Origin: an uncultured Desulfosarcina sp. | GTDB taxonomy: Bacteria > Desulfobacterota > Desulfobacteria > Desulfobacterales > Desulfosarcinaceae | Assembly: GCA_963674945.2 (NCBI GenBank) | Contig: CAXXWQ010000003.1 | Span: 1,408,001 to 1,472,000, forward strand | Direction: 5' to 3' | Length of the DNA: 64,000 nt | In this document: piece by piece, positions 10,407-20,850 of the stretch | How positions within the stretch are numbered: the first letter of the stretch is position 1 | Layout of the letters: each line of letters starts with the position of its first letter | Position numbers and translations under genes: made by a program | Notes under the pieces: generated by a model | What the model was told of the DNA's origin: nothing | Seen by the model: only the letters and a program-made list of their open reading frames with translations | Databases searched by the model: none

Positions 10407-10564
10407 AGGAATTACTCCTCTTTTCAGTGAGGTTATATCGTTGGTGATAAAAATTTTCTTTTAAAAGGAGGTGTACATATACAAACCGATACAATTTGTC
10501 AATTTTAAAGACCGAAACTTCAGTTCAGCATAGCCAAAACCGTTTTGGATTGCCGATAATGACC

Positions 10565-11446
10565 TCACCTGACAGCAGCATGTACGATTGCGAAAAACGG
10601 GCATGATATGCGATCTGTATCCTTGAAGTATCGGGCTTCCAATGACCGCGGACTCATATCTTTCACGTCGCGAAAGCCTCTCTTTTCAAGGAATTTCCCC
10701 ACGGTACCCTCTTCTATCGAGAACTTCAGGGACTCGTCCGCCTCCGCAGCTCGTTTTCTCATCTTCTCAGCTTCTTTCATTCTGCCATCGATGGCTGACC
10801 GATAAATATAGTCAAATAAAAGTGAGCTTCCCCCACCTTCGTTGTTTGCGACGAAAGCAAGGGTTTCATCAACTGCCTCGGGTGAAATATACATCGTCAC
10901 CCCCTCCCAGATGAACATGGTTTTCAAATTCTTGTCGTAACCATTGAGATACAGTTGTTCATCCAACCTTGTTTTCTCAAAATCAACCGGAACGTAGGTG
11001 ACATGATCGGGAAGATTACCGAAAATCTTCATAACTCTTTCTTTTTTAACCGATTGACTGTCCGGGTGGTCGACTTCAAAGACCTTGATTCTATCCGTTA
11101 GTTCGGAAAACCGAAATGCTCTCGTGTCGTATCCGGCGCCAAGAACCACTAACTGCGCGATGCCATCTTCAATACGCTCATTAAGGCAATCGTCACCATA
11201 ACGCGCTCTTAAGACAACATAATTGATGCCGCCCGGAATCATACCGGAAAGCGCCTTATACACCAGTTTATTCAATAATCTACCCGATAGTAAAAATCGA
11301 GAATTCAAAAGAACTCTTGGCAGACCGCTTAGGAAACGGAGCGTGTATGGATCATATAACACCCTTTCATTTTCCGGCTTTATTGATTCCAATGCCCTGA
11401 ACACTGCCGCGGACAATGCAGAAGCGGCGGCTTGTCCCTCTTTCAT
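10565..11446 (-). CDS. SAM-dependent methyltransferase (LCM/TIGR00027-like)
   Basis: QLVVLGAGYDTRAFR, FEVDHP, WEGVTMY; RBS before ATG 11446. Confidence 0.88.
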   Translation of the reverse strand: MKEGQAAASALSAAVFRALESIKPENERVLYDPYTLRFLSGLPRVLLNSRFLLSGRLLNKLVYKALSGMIPGGINYVVLRARYGDDCLNERIEDGIAQLVVLGAGYDTRAFRFSELTDRIKVFEVDHPDSQSVKKERVMKIFGNLPDHVTYVPVDFEKTRLDEQLYLNGYDKNLKTMFIWEGVTMYISPEAVDETLAFVANNEGGGSSLLFDYIYRSAIDGRMKEAEKMRKRAAEADESLKFSIEEGTVGKFLEKRGFRDVKDMSPRSLEARYFKDTDRISCPFFAIVHAAVR

Positions 11447-11864
11447 ATTTTTCCTCCTGAACCGATATAACACCTTATTTTTTCTGCATATCTTCATCAA
11501 TGTGCAGATGTCAAGTCTCAGATGAGGCACTCGAACGAAGCGAATTCAGCAGATGGGAAAACCACGCTGCTGATTGCTGACTTTCGGTATCGTAAATTAT
11601 CGATCACAGAATAGCCATGGTGAAATTTCGGGAACGTCTGTTGACATATTGGAATTTTTCTTTTCAGTTTCTGAATAATGGAAGTAAAGGAGAGGATGTT
11701 TCTCAGGCATATTTACAAGTCAGAGAAAGAGTTAGAAACAGGAATAACCACTTTTGGCAATCAACTACGAAAATTATATACGGAAGATGAGGTTAGGGGC
11801 ACACCTCCCTGGGAGTTTAAAGACCGTTTGTTTGGTGTAAACTGGTTTTCGTTTTTCTTTCCCA

Positions 11865-13034
11865 TCAATAGAGGAACATGGGTTTATCCAGAAATCGCCG
11901 GATATGCGGGCGGTACGTTTTGGCATCATAGAGTTCATCCACGTCCACCCGCTTGGCCCCGCCGGTGACGACGGTGATATCGATCGCCGTGTAACGCCCC
12001 CTTGAAAGGGCCACCAGCTTACCGAATTCCTTGCGCCGAATCAGATCCGTCGCCATGCCGGCGTAGTTGAGGGCCACCATCAGATCCAACGAATCCGGAG
12101 ATCCGCTTCGCATTAGATAGAAAAGCGGCTGGAAGATAATACCGATCCCGGTGATTTTTTTTATGGCATCGGATGTGACGGCACCGATGCCTCCCAGCTT
12201 CCGATGTCCGAAGGCGTCGGCCTCCCCGGAAAGAACCATTTCGCCGCCCTCCATTACCGCCCCTTCGCTGATGGTCATCATGGCATAGCGACTGGGATTG
12301 TCCAGCCGGTCGTCCACCAAATACCGGCACAGCGTCTCGATATCGAAGGGCACTTCCGAGATGATGCACCGGTCCACACCAGCCAGATATCCCGAAACCA
12401 GGGATGTCTCTCCACAATAGCGTCCAAACAGCTCCACCACCGCGATTCGCTCGTGGGAACCGCTGGAGGTCCGCAGGGCGTGAATGAAGTTGACACTGCG
12501 GGTGACGGCCGTTGAAAATCCGATGCAGTAATCCGTACCGGTGACGTCATTGTCCATGGTCTTGGGAATCGCAATGATCGGATATCCCTCACGGTGCAGG
12601 CGCAGGGCAAATGAGAGCGTATCATCCCCGCCGATGGCCACCAGAACGTCAATACCCAATGCATTTAGATTGGCGAGCACATGGGCGGTAAAATCGCGTT
12701 TTTCTTTTTTATCTGCAAAACGGTTTTTGAGAAAATCCGGCGCATCCTTTTGGCTCACACTGGACGGGTTGGTACGCGAGGTGTGCAGAATCGTCCCGCC
12801 GGAGCGGTCGATTGTACGGACGAGGGCTGGATCGAGCGGCATGATGTTGGCTTCGCGTGAATCAGGATCATCCGGGTTGAAGGCAACCAATCCGTCCCAG
12901 CCCCGGCGAATTCCCACAACCGCCATTCCGCACTGGCAGGCACCGATGACCAGCTGCTTGATACAGGGGTTGAGGCCCGGAACATCTCCCCCGCCGGTCA
13001 AGACGCCAATGATCGTTCTGGATAATGGTTTCAT
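11865..13034 (-). CDS. 6-phosphofructokinase family protein, probably PPi-dependent
   Basis: [31 protein letters not shown]. Confidence 0.88.
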   Translation of the reverse strand: MKPLSRTIIGVLTGGGDVPGLNPCIKQLVIGACQCGMAVVGIRRGWDGLVAFNPDDPDSREANIMPLDPALVRTIDRSGGTILHTSRTNPSSVSQKDAPDFLKNRFADKKEKRDFTAHVLANLNALGIDVLVAIGGDDTLSFALRLHREGYPIIAIPKTMDNDVTGTDYCIGFSTAVTRSVNFIHALRTSSGSHERIAVVELFGRYCGETSLVSGYLAGVDRCIISEVPFDIETLCRYLVDDRLDNPSRYAMMTISEGAVMEGGEMVLSGEADAFGHRKLGGIGAVTSDAIKKITGIGIIFQPLFYLMRSGSPDSLDLMVALNYAGMATDLIRRKEFGKLVALSRGRYTAIDITVVTGGAKRVDVDELYDAKTYRPHIRRFLDKPMFLY

Positions 13035-13186
13035 GATGGTCCTCCTTGTTTATCCAAATCAGATTCGAAAGTTACGGAGAAGCAAAAAAGAGGGGATGCG
13101 AACCCGACAAAATAGCGCAACGGGAAAAATTCGCAGGTCTCAGGTAACCGAAAAACGATTGTGTACGGCCCCTCCTATATTCTACC

Positions 13187-13202
13187 AGCAACCCTCATGC
13201 CA
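13187..13202 (-). promoter_or_regulatory. Sigma-54 (-24/-12) promoter upstream of the Pfk gene
   Basis: Minus strand TGGCATGAGGGTTGCT fits TGGCAC-N5-TTGCW with correct GG-N10-GC spacing. Confidence 0.65.
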
Positions 13203-13551
13203 TAGAGCACCGTTCTTTGTTCGGAGATAACCATATGTATTTATTTAGAAATAAAAGATTTATTCCGTTTCCGGCAGGCTGCACCCGAAAGCAATTGTTC
13301 TTTATTTTTTACAGTATGCAAGATATTCTGACAGGGAGTTTTTGTGGAGGAACGCCGCTTTTGGCGCATTGGTAGAAAAAGATTGATTATCATAGATTTT
13401 TTGCAGATTTTTTGCACTATTGGCATTACTTGATTTATTATATTCGTTTTCAATCGAAAGGGGGCTTCGCAAACGCAAAATGAGACAAGGACGGATTTGT
13501 CCTCGTCAACGTTACGCAAGCGTCCGGTGAAAAAATGGGAAATCGATCCGT

Positions 13552-14370
13552 ATGAAATATGTTCATGGATACAATCAGAGAGAAAACATACGCCTGCAGG
13601 ATCAGGCCGTAACACTTGTTGATTTGCTGCATTCCGATACTTTTTACCCGGATGGCAGCCAAATTCTTGAGGCCGGTTGCGGTGTCGGTGCGCAGACCGT
13701 AACTTTGGCACAAAACAGCCCCGGAGCACAATTTACCTCGATTGATATTTCTGACGGATCGATTATGCAGGCCCGCGAGAAAATTGAGAAGGCCGGGTGC
13801 ACGAATGTAAGCTTCAAAAAAGCCGATATTTTCAACCTGCCGTTTCAACCGGAATCGTTCGACCACATCTTTGTCTGCTTTGTCCTTGAACATATTGCAC
13901 GACCGGTTTCGGCGCTGAACTGTCTCCGTAATTTTCTCAAGGTCGGTGGTACCATTACCGTTATCGAAGGAGATCATGGGTCCACCTATTTTTATCCCGA
14001 CAATTCAGCCTCACATGAAGCGATCCAATGCCAGGTAAATTTGCAGAAGGAAGCGGGCGGCAATGCCAATATCGGCAGAGGGCTCTACCCTCTTTTGGAT
14101 AGCGCGGATTTTCGCAGGATCAACGTATCGCCGCGTATGGTCTACGTTGATGCAAGCAGACCGCAACTGGTCAAAGGGTTCATTAAAAACACCTTCACGG
14201 CAATGATTGAGGGTATACGCGAGTCTTCCATCGAAAAAGGTCTGATTGATCCGAAAACCTTTGATGAGGGTATTAAAGGGTTGTATCGGACAACGGAAGC
14301 CGATGGCGTTTTCTGCTATACATTTTTTAAGGCAACTGCCCAAAAGGGCGAATTGCCGGACAGTACGTAA
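13552..14370 (+). CDS. Class I SAM-dependent methyltransferase
   Basis: ILEAGCGVG, SIDIS, ESFDHIF motifs. Confidence 0.88.
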   Translation: MKYVHGYNQRENIRLQDQAVTLVDLLHSDTFYPDGSQILEAGCGVGAQTVTLAQNSPGAQFTSIDISDGSIMQAREKIEKAGCTNVSFKKADIFNLPFQPESFDHIFVCFVLEHIARPVSALNCLRNFLKVGGTITVIEGDHGSTYFYPDNSASHEAIQCQVNLQKEAGGNANIGRGLYPLLDSADFRRINVSPRMVYVDASRPQLVKGFIKNTFTAMIEGIRESSIEKGLIDPKTFDEGIKGLYRTTEADGVFCYTFFKATAQKGELPDST

Positions 14371-14377
14371 AAAGAGA

Positions 14378-15022
14378 ATGATAAACACAGACTACTGGAA
14401 AAATGAGGGAGTGAAGAAGGTCTTTACCCACCCGATCCGTTCGGAATGGATCGCCACGATCGATAGGGAAAAAGCAATACTCGACCTTGGATGTGGATAT
14501 GGACGTCTGACGCCGGACCTCATGGAGGAGGGGTTCTCATCAATTTACGGATATGATCCCAGTGCGCCTTTGATAGACCGGGCCGTTCAGGAAAATCCTG
14601 GAGCGCACTATACGAGTGATGAACTTTTCCTGTCGGGGAAATCCTTCGATTTGATTCTATGCTTTGCTCTTTTCACTTCCTGCCCTTCTCCTGAAGAGCA
14701 ACGTGTACTGGCTGCATTGATCGATGCATCATCGAACGAAAAAACGGTTTTATACATCAGCGACTATGAAACCGTTGACAACCCAAATTATCGAAAGCGC
14801 TACGAACAGCGAAAACTCAATATTTATGGCTGTTTCTCATCCGACAATGCAATTTTTCGTCATCACGACGCCGGACACTTCGACCACCTGCTGCCCAACT
14901 GGAAATTGATGAAAGAAAGTACCCTTGCCGGCAAAACACTAAACGGAAACGAAATAACGGTTCATCAGTATCTGTACACGAAAAACCCGTGTCCGGAGGA
15001 TCCGGCTTTGGGCTCCCCCTGA
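14378..15022 (+). CDS. Class I SAM-dependent methyltransferase
   Basis: ILDLGCGYGR, GYDPS, SFDLIL; start placed at ATG 14378. Confidence 0.85.
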   Translation: MINTDYWKNEGVKKVFTHPIRSEWIATIDREKAILDLGCGYGRLTPDLMEEGFSSIYGYDPSAPLIDRAVQENPGAHYTSDELFLSGKSFDLILCFALFTSCPSPEEQRVLAALIDASSNEKTVLYISDYETVDNPNYRKRYEQRKLNIYGCFSSDNAIFRHHDAGHFDHLLPNWKLMKESTLAGKTLNGNEITVHQYLYTKNPCPEDPALGSP

Positions 15023-15251
15023 CAGTTGGAAACGAACCTTTGCATGGCCACCGCTTTTCAGGAAAAATCCATCCCGAGAAAGAACTTGCCCCAACAACCA
15101 GAAATCCAAACGTCTGAAAGACCGTTTCGGATTGTCCCGGACGTGGTTGACATTTGGATTCAATTCGGAGAAAGATACCCGCACCCAATGCTTCAGGCCA
15201 AGTACCCCGGATCGAGACCTGCCAACATGAACATCGAGGAGAGCAGAAGAG

Positions 15252-16778
15252 ATGAAACGAAACGGCCTGCTGATCGGACTCATCAGCGTTCTTTTTTTCC
15301 TTTTGGTAAGCGCGTCCTCGTCCCACGCGGGACGGGGGCTGAAGGTCAAGCTGAAAAAAAGCGAACAGCCGGGCGCGCCCGTGACCGAAGAGGTAACCCT
15401 GTATGGTTCAAGCTATGCGCTGGTAATCGGCATCGACGACTATCGGGCCGGATGGCCCAGGCTTTCCGGTGCTGTGAAAGACGCCCATCAGGTGGCTGCC
15501 GAGTTGGAGAAAAATGGCTTTGAGGTACGCACGGAGACGAACCTGAACGCCGGTGAACTGAAGGACACATTCAACAATTTTTTTATTTTCAAGGGGGAAA
15601 ACCCGGACGCCCGGCTTTTCGTATGGTTCGCCGGGCACGGGCACACCCTCAACGGAGAGGGGTATCTGGTGCCGACCGACGCGCCGCTGCCGTCCAAGAA
15701 TGAAGCACAGTTCAAGTACAAGGCGCTGTCGTTGCGACGCTTTGGAGAATACGTCCGCCAGGCTAAGTCCAAGCACGTGCTGGCCGTTTTTGATTCCTGC
15801 TTTTCCGGTACCATTTTTTCCACACAACGCAGTGCCCCTCCGGCGGCCATTACCCGCTCGGTCACACTGCCGGTCCGGCAATTCATCTCCTCGGGGGATG
15901 CGGATCAAGAGGTTTCCGACGACGGACGTTTCCGAAAACTGTTTATCAGGGCGCTTCGGGGAGAGGAACGGGCAGACGCCAATGGCGACGGGTATCTCAC
16001 CGGATCGGAACTGAGCATGTTTTTGACGGATCGCGTCACCAATCTCACCAATTCCATGCAGACCCCTCGCCACGGGAAATTGCGGGACGAAAACTACGAT
16101 AGAGGGGATTTCGTGTTCCAGGTGGCAGGAAGCGCCCAATCTGCAGCGACGCAGTGGCAGGAGACATCACAAAAGCCGGGAAAAAATGGATTCAGCACGG
16201 CGCCCGAGCCCGGAACACCGCAAAGGGGTTCACTCGATGTAACGGTTGCGCCGGAACATGCGCAGATCCGATTCATGAACTACCGCAAGCGCTTTTTGCA
16301 GGGAATGGACCTTTCGCCGGGTGAGTACGAGCTGGAAATCTCCGCCGACGGCTACGAGACCAGAACGCTGTGGGTCGAAATCGAGGACGGCAAGAACAAG
16401 GACCTGCGCGTCAGCCTGAAAAGGGTGCATTCAAAACAATCGGACATCGTAGACAAGCCGCAGGGTCCTTCCGCACCACCGGAGCCCGCCGGCGTTTCCG
16501 TCACGTTGGAATATGCAGGTGATCCGTACGGCTGCGTTCTGGATCTGGCGATCACGGTAGCCGGGGAAACCATCGTCCCTGAATCCAACACCCTTGTCAT
16601 TCCCAATGTTCCCCGGGGAAACGTCCCCTATGCCATAAACGGAACCATCAACTGCGGATTCATGGGTACCTGCACGGTGCAGGGACAGGGGACGCTCAAC
16701 GCACACGAGGGCAGCCACTACAACCTGATCTGGCAGAACACCGGTCCCGGGCAGTGCGGCGCATGGTTTATGCAATAG
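15252..16778 (+). CDS. Exported caspase-like (peptidase C14) protein with a PEGA-like domain and an unknown C-terminal domain
   Basis: Signal peptide, YALVIGIDDY, FAGHG (His), DSCFSG (Cys); GEYELEISADGYE PEGA-like. Confidence 0.85.
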   Translation: MKRNGLLIGLISVLFFLLVSASSSHAGRGLKVKLKKSEQPGAPVTEEVTLYGSSYALVIGIDDYRAGWPRLSGAVKDAHQVAAELEKNGFEVRTETNLNAGELKDTFNNFFIFKGENPDARLFVWFAGHGHTLNGEGYLVPTDAPLPSKNEAQFKYKALSLRRFGEYVRQAKSKHVLAVFDSCFSGTIFSTQRSAPPAAITRSVTLPVRQFISSGDADQEVSDDGRFRKLFIRALRGEERADANGDGYLTGSELSMFLTDRVTNLTNSMQTPRHGKLRDENYDRGDFVFQVAGSAQSAATQWQETSQKPGKNGFSTAPEPGTPQRGSLDVTVAPEHAQIRFMNYRKRFLQGMDLSPGEYELEISADGYETRTLWVEIEDGKNKDLRVSLKRVHSKQSDIVDKPQGPSAPPEPAGVSVTLEYAGDPYGCVLDLAITVAGETIVPESNTLVIPNVPRGNVPYAINGTINCGFMGTCTVQGQGTLNAHEGSHYNLIWQNTGPGQCGAWFMQ

Positions 16779-16822
16779 CCCAACGAACCGGCCGATCACA
16801 ATCAACGAACAAGGAGGTACCA

Positions 16823-17363
16823 ATGGCATTGATCGATACCGTTTCACCTGAGCAAGCAACGGGCAAAATGAAAGAGGCTTTCGATATGTTTATGGAAAAT
16901 CTGGGTGTGATCCCCAAACCCTTGGTGATGATGAGTGCCAGCCCAGCCATTTTCGACCAGCAGCTTCAACGAATCCTCTATTATACCAATCATCCTACGC
17001 TTGGTTTCCCCCCTGCTGTCCCATATCCGCTACCTGGTGGCTTACGACCTGAATTACAGTTTCTGCATGGACTTTAACAGACTCATTTTGAAAAAGCAGG
17101 GTCTGGAGGATGATGACATCAAGCGAATTGAATCCGATCCGAGCAAGTCGTTATTGGAAGAGAAAGATTCGGCGATGCTGGCTTTTGTCGTCAAGTCCGT
17201 TAAGGAGCCCGGCTCTGTGAAAGCCGAGGAAATTGAGCGGCTCAAAGAGATGGGATGGGAAGACAAGGATTTGGTAGATGCCTTGGCCCATGACGTGAAC
17301 ATGGTCGACCATTCCATTATGATGGAAGTTTTTCAGATCGATCAAGAATGTCTTGTCAAATAA
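16823..17363 (+). pseudogene. Carboxymuconolactone decarboxylase/AhpD-like protein split by a +1 frameshift
   Basis: MALIDTVSPEQATG... joins ...LLSHIRYLVA if one C is removed from the C6 run at 17008-17013; span is 3n+1. Confidence 0.65.
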
Positions 17364-17513
17364 GATAATCTGGATTGCATACGGATTCTTGGATGATCGG
17401 GAAAAATCAGGATTTGGTTTTACACAGATTGCTTACGTTCACCCCCTTACACGAGAGCACACAATGGTTTTGAGCACATACGATTTCCATCAATAAGAAA
17501 AGGAGAAAAAATA

Positions 17514-17873
17514 ATGACGAACAATGTTGTAATTGCACTTTCCTGCGGAACAAACGACACCAATCGCGCCACCCGTGCCATTCACCTCACCACAATTGCA
17601 CACAAAGAGGGGAAAAACGCCTGCCTTTTTTTACTGGATGAAGGCGTTTATCTGGCAAAAGAGGGAATTATCACCCACGTTAGAGCCGCTACCGGTGATG
17701 TGGCGGATGATCTGCTCACATATCTTCAGGCACACGAAGTTCCGATTCTGGTATGCACCCCGTGTGCGAAAGCACGCCAAATCAAAGAGGAAGAGCTAAT
17801 CGAAGGTGCACGCATGGCTACTGCGGCGGAATTTATAAATATTTGCTGCGATGCCGCCGTTATCAGTTTATAG
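17514..17873 (+). CDS. DsrE/DsrF-like family protein
   Basis: LFLLDEGVYLA, VCTPCAKAR, 119 aa, strong RBS. Confidence 0.85.
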   Translation: MTNNVVIALSCGTNDTNRATRAIHLTTIAHKEGKNACLFLLDEGVYLAKEGIITHVRAATGDVADDLLTYLQAHEVPILVCTPCAKARQIKEEELIEGARMATAAEFINICCDAAVISL

Positions 17874-17890
17874 AGCGGCATTCCCTTCAA

Positions 17891-17921
17891 GGGTCGCATC
17901 TTACTCAGGAAGATGCGACCC
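17891..17921. repeat. Perfect 12-bp inverted repeat (hairpin)
   Basis: GGGTCGCATCTT-actcagg-AAGATGCGACCC, no U-tract. Confidence 0.7.
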
Positions 17922-18104
17922 AGACGAATGAATCCTGCGACCCGGCCGGAAAAAGCGAAGGACAATGTTGCGTAAGAAAAAATCACACCATTTCTTTTGA
18001 GAAGACATCAAAACAAGAAAGATAAAACCAGGGTGAGGGGCGATGTTACACCCATCCCGGCGAACCGGATGTTTGATAAGCCAACCCTTCAAAGGAAGGC
18101 AAAA

Positions 18105-19193
18105 ATGCAAACCGACATGCATTATTATGGAACCTATGCACTGGCGAAAACGGCAGGGCTGAAACCGGCAGTGTGCAAAACCATCGCAATGGCTTCACAG
18201 TTTGTGGATGACAATGCCGCCAGAATTCACATTGAATTCCAGGATGGCGGCAGAATCGATGCCCAGGCTACGGCCCACCATGTATCTAATGTCATCTCGA
18301 ATCGGGATCCGGAAGATCAGCGTCAGGTCTGGGTGCCATTTCACTTTCTTCCTGGAAATGAGGGCGACAGCTTTTCCGAGCGCCTGTTATGCCGCGAAAA
18401 CAGCAGGATTGCCCAAGACATGGTACAGCACCACTTAGGTTATGCGAATCAGGAAGTGGGCATCTATTTGATGGGTATCACAGCACATGTATATGCCGAC
18501 ACGTTTTCCCATTTCGGATTTTCCGGCGTCGGTTCCCGCCGCAACAAGGTCGATAACGACAGTTTCCGATTCGATAAAAATCTGGATCCGGACATTGCCG
18601 ACTACATTGAGGGAAAGGCGAAATCGTTTTTTCAACGTTACGGCAAAGGGGGAGGATTCATTGCCAATGTCAAATCGTGGCTGGCGGAAACCGTATCGGG
18701 TGCCCTGGGACACGGAGCGGTTGCCACCTATCCTGACCGACCCTATTTGAAATGGTGTTTCGAATACGAATATCCAAAAAAAGTGCGCGTCGAACGGGAT
18801 AATCCAAAGAATTTTCTCAATGGATGTCGTGCGCTGCATTCCATGTTTTCCCAGTTTGCAAAAAACAACCAGAAACATTCCGATGGAAGTGGTGTTCCGT
18901 TTGCCAAAATTGAGAAACAGGTCTTTGCCATCCTCAATTACCAGGCAAGAAAGGAAGATCGGAGTAAAAAATGGCAAACGGAAGCCAGACAGGGAAAAAT
19001 CGGTAAAACGGCCTTTTCAATACCGTTGTACAAACCCGATGCATGGCTGAAACAATCCGCAGACATGAACAGTAGTGAAAATTCCAACGCCGCTTTACGA
19101 TCGCATCTTTACCGTTTCTATCAGGCGGCATCCATTCACAGACAATTTGTATTGCGGGAATTATTGCCCGATAGAAAATTGATTGTCGCATAA
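18105..19193 (+). CDS. DUF6765-like protein, possible Zn-dependent phospholipase C/nuclease fold
   Basis: MQTDMHYYGTY start, SQFVDD, PFHFLPG, AHVYADTFSH, GHG motifs. Confidence 0.6.
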   Translation: MQTDMHYYGTYALAKTAGLKPAVCKTIAMASQFVDDNAARIHIEFQDGGRIDAQATAHHVSNVISNRDPEDQRQVWVPFHFLPGNEGDSFSERLLCRENSRIAQDMVQHHLGYANQEVGIYLMGITAHVYADTFSHFGFSGVGSRRNKVDNDSFRFDKNLDPDIADYIEGKAKSFFQRYGKGGGFIANVKSWLAETVSGALGHGAVATYPDRPYLKWCFEYEYPKKVRVERDNPKNFLNGCRALHSMFSQFAKNNQKHSDGSGVPFAKIEKQVFAILNYQARKEDRSKKWQTEARQGKIGKTAFSIPLYKPDAWLKQSADMNSSENSNAALRSHLYRFYQAASIHRQFVLRELLPDRKLIVA

Positions 19194-19318
19194 ACCTGTG
19201 CATCAACCGGAATATTGAAACAAGTGCACACATGCCATCGGTTTCAATATTCTCTTCTTCACACAACCTGCGATACCGAAAAAGTACTCGGTGCAGCTTT
19301 TGGAAATACGGGGGCGTC

Positions 19319-19732
19319 ATGAAACTACCGCAAATCAATGACATGGTTACGACACAAGAGGCTTTGTCGCTTTGTAAGCATTTCAATCTGGATTATCTGG
19401 TGACACGCATTGAAGCCCATCCCGAAAAGTACAAATCGTGGAAATTTGACGGCTGTTCCGGCATACCGGACGAGATAATGGGTTTATTCACCGGATGCGA
19501 CTGGCAGGACATCACCTATAAGTGCTGTCTGCCCCATGATCTGGCCTATGGTTATGGGGAGCCGGACAATGATATAGAGAGGAAGCGGGTGGACCTGAAA
19601 TTCTATAGCGACCTGGTTACCAAGGCCGGCATGAAAAAATGGCAGGCGTCTGCCTTCCTTGCCGCTGTCCGCATCGGCGGTGCGGAAGAATTCGGTTTGT
19701 CTTTTTCATGGGGATTTGCCCACATCAAATAA
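19319..19732 (+). CDS. Hypothetical protein with a phospholipase A2-like motif
   Basis: DGCS...CCLPHDLAY...RKRVD...AVRIGG. Confidence 0.55.
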   Translation: MKLPQINDMVTTQEALSLCKHFNLDYLVTRIEAHPEKYKSWKFDGCSGIPDEIMGLFTGCDWQDITYKCCLPHDLAYGYGEPDNDIERKRVDLKFYSDLVTKAGMKKWQASAFLAAVRIGGAEEFGLSFSWGFAHIK

Positions 19733-19753
19733 GTTGTTCATTTTACCAAGCCG

Positions 19754-20635
19754 TCACCCGTTGGAACGGAATCGATTCATGGCCACGGCGCTGAAAAAAA
19801 TCAGCAGTCCGCCCGTGAAAAAGCGCCATGATACCGGATCCCCTAAAAAAGTGATTCCCACGATGGCGGTAAATACCACTTCGCAGGACATGAAGATTCC
19901 CCCTTCCCATCCCCGGCAGTAGAAAAATCCCTGGTTCATGGAAAGCTGTGCCGCGACTGAAAACAAGACGATCCCCCCGGCCATGACCCAATCCACAGCG
20001 GTCATGGGAACGTGTGGGGAGACGGCAAACGCGGGAAGCGTTACCAGCATGCCCATGGTGCAAAAGTAAAGATATATCACCACCGGACCGTTCTTTTCCC
20101 GAAGGGTCTTGATCAGGGTGACGGTGAGACCGGCGAAAGCGCTGCCGACGATGGCCATGGTCTGGCCAAGCAGATTTCCTCCCCACGTGAAGTCGAACAA
20201 CACGGCGATGCCGAGGATCACCGTGATGATGCACGAGACTTGACCGAGGGAGATTCGCTCGCCATAGATCAGGTAGGAAAAAACGGCAGAAAAGGCAGGG
20301 AACGCATAAAATATCACGAGCGCCGTGGAAAGCGGTAACAGGCGGATGGCCGTGACAAGGGAGAGAAAGGCGGCCGATCCGGTCATTCCACGAATGATCA
20401 ACAGACGGTAGTCATGCCCTCGAAAGGGATTGCCGTGCCTTCCGAAAACCAGAATCAGCACAATCACACCACCGAAAAACCGGTAGAAGCCGATGTCCCA
20501 GATGGTGTAGGACGATCCCATGGATTTAATCAACAGGTTGAGCATGGTGAAGAGCAAGGCTGCGGTAAGCATGAACAGGGGGCCGGCGAGGGCCGCCTCC
20601 ACTTTAATCGGCCGGGAAGGTGTAAAAGGGGACAT
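19754..20635 (-). CDS. DMT/EamA family transporter
   Basis: About 10 hydrophobic helices in two repeats, YAFPAF...LIYGERI. Confidence 0.88.
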   Translation of the reverse strand: MSPFTPSRPIKVEAALAGPLFMLTAALLFTMLNLLIKSMGSSYTIWDIGFYRFFGGVIVLILVFGRHGNPFRGHDYRLLIIRGMTGSAAFLSLVTAIRLLPLSTALVIFYAFPAFSAVFSYLIYGERISLGQVSCIITVILGIAVLFDFTWGGNLLGQTMAIVGSAFAGLTVTLIKTLREKNGPVVIYLYFCTMGMLVTLPAFAVSPHVPMTAVDWVMAGGIVLFSVAAQLSMNQGFFYCRGWEGGIFMSCEVVFTAIVGITFLGDPVSWRFFTGGLLIFFSAVAMNRFRSNG

Positions 20636-20850
20636 GGGGTGACCTATTTCTCCATGGAAGGAGGGTGTGGGGTTTCAGTTGGATCTGTTTTATGATCTCT
20701 TTTATTTTGGTAATGGCGCAACGTGTTCGTTTTTCCTTTTACAATCGCGATGGATCGTTTAAAGAGCAACGGAAGAGTAACATTCTTTTTATCAAAAAGG
20801 CAAAGAACATTGAAAGTTTGCCGGATGAACCTTCGGGAGTTAAAAAGCCT

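Noticed and set aside
11678..11968. 96-aa plus-strand ORF
   Set aside because: Overlaps the pfk 3' end in antisense and has no recognisable motif
13552..19732. Run of co-oriented unrelated genes as an integron array
   Set aside because: Only a lone GCCCAAC after the caspase stop; no paired attC ends at the junctions
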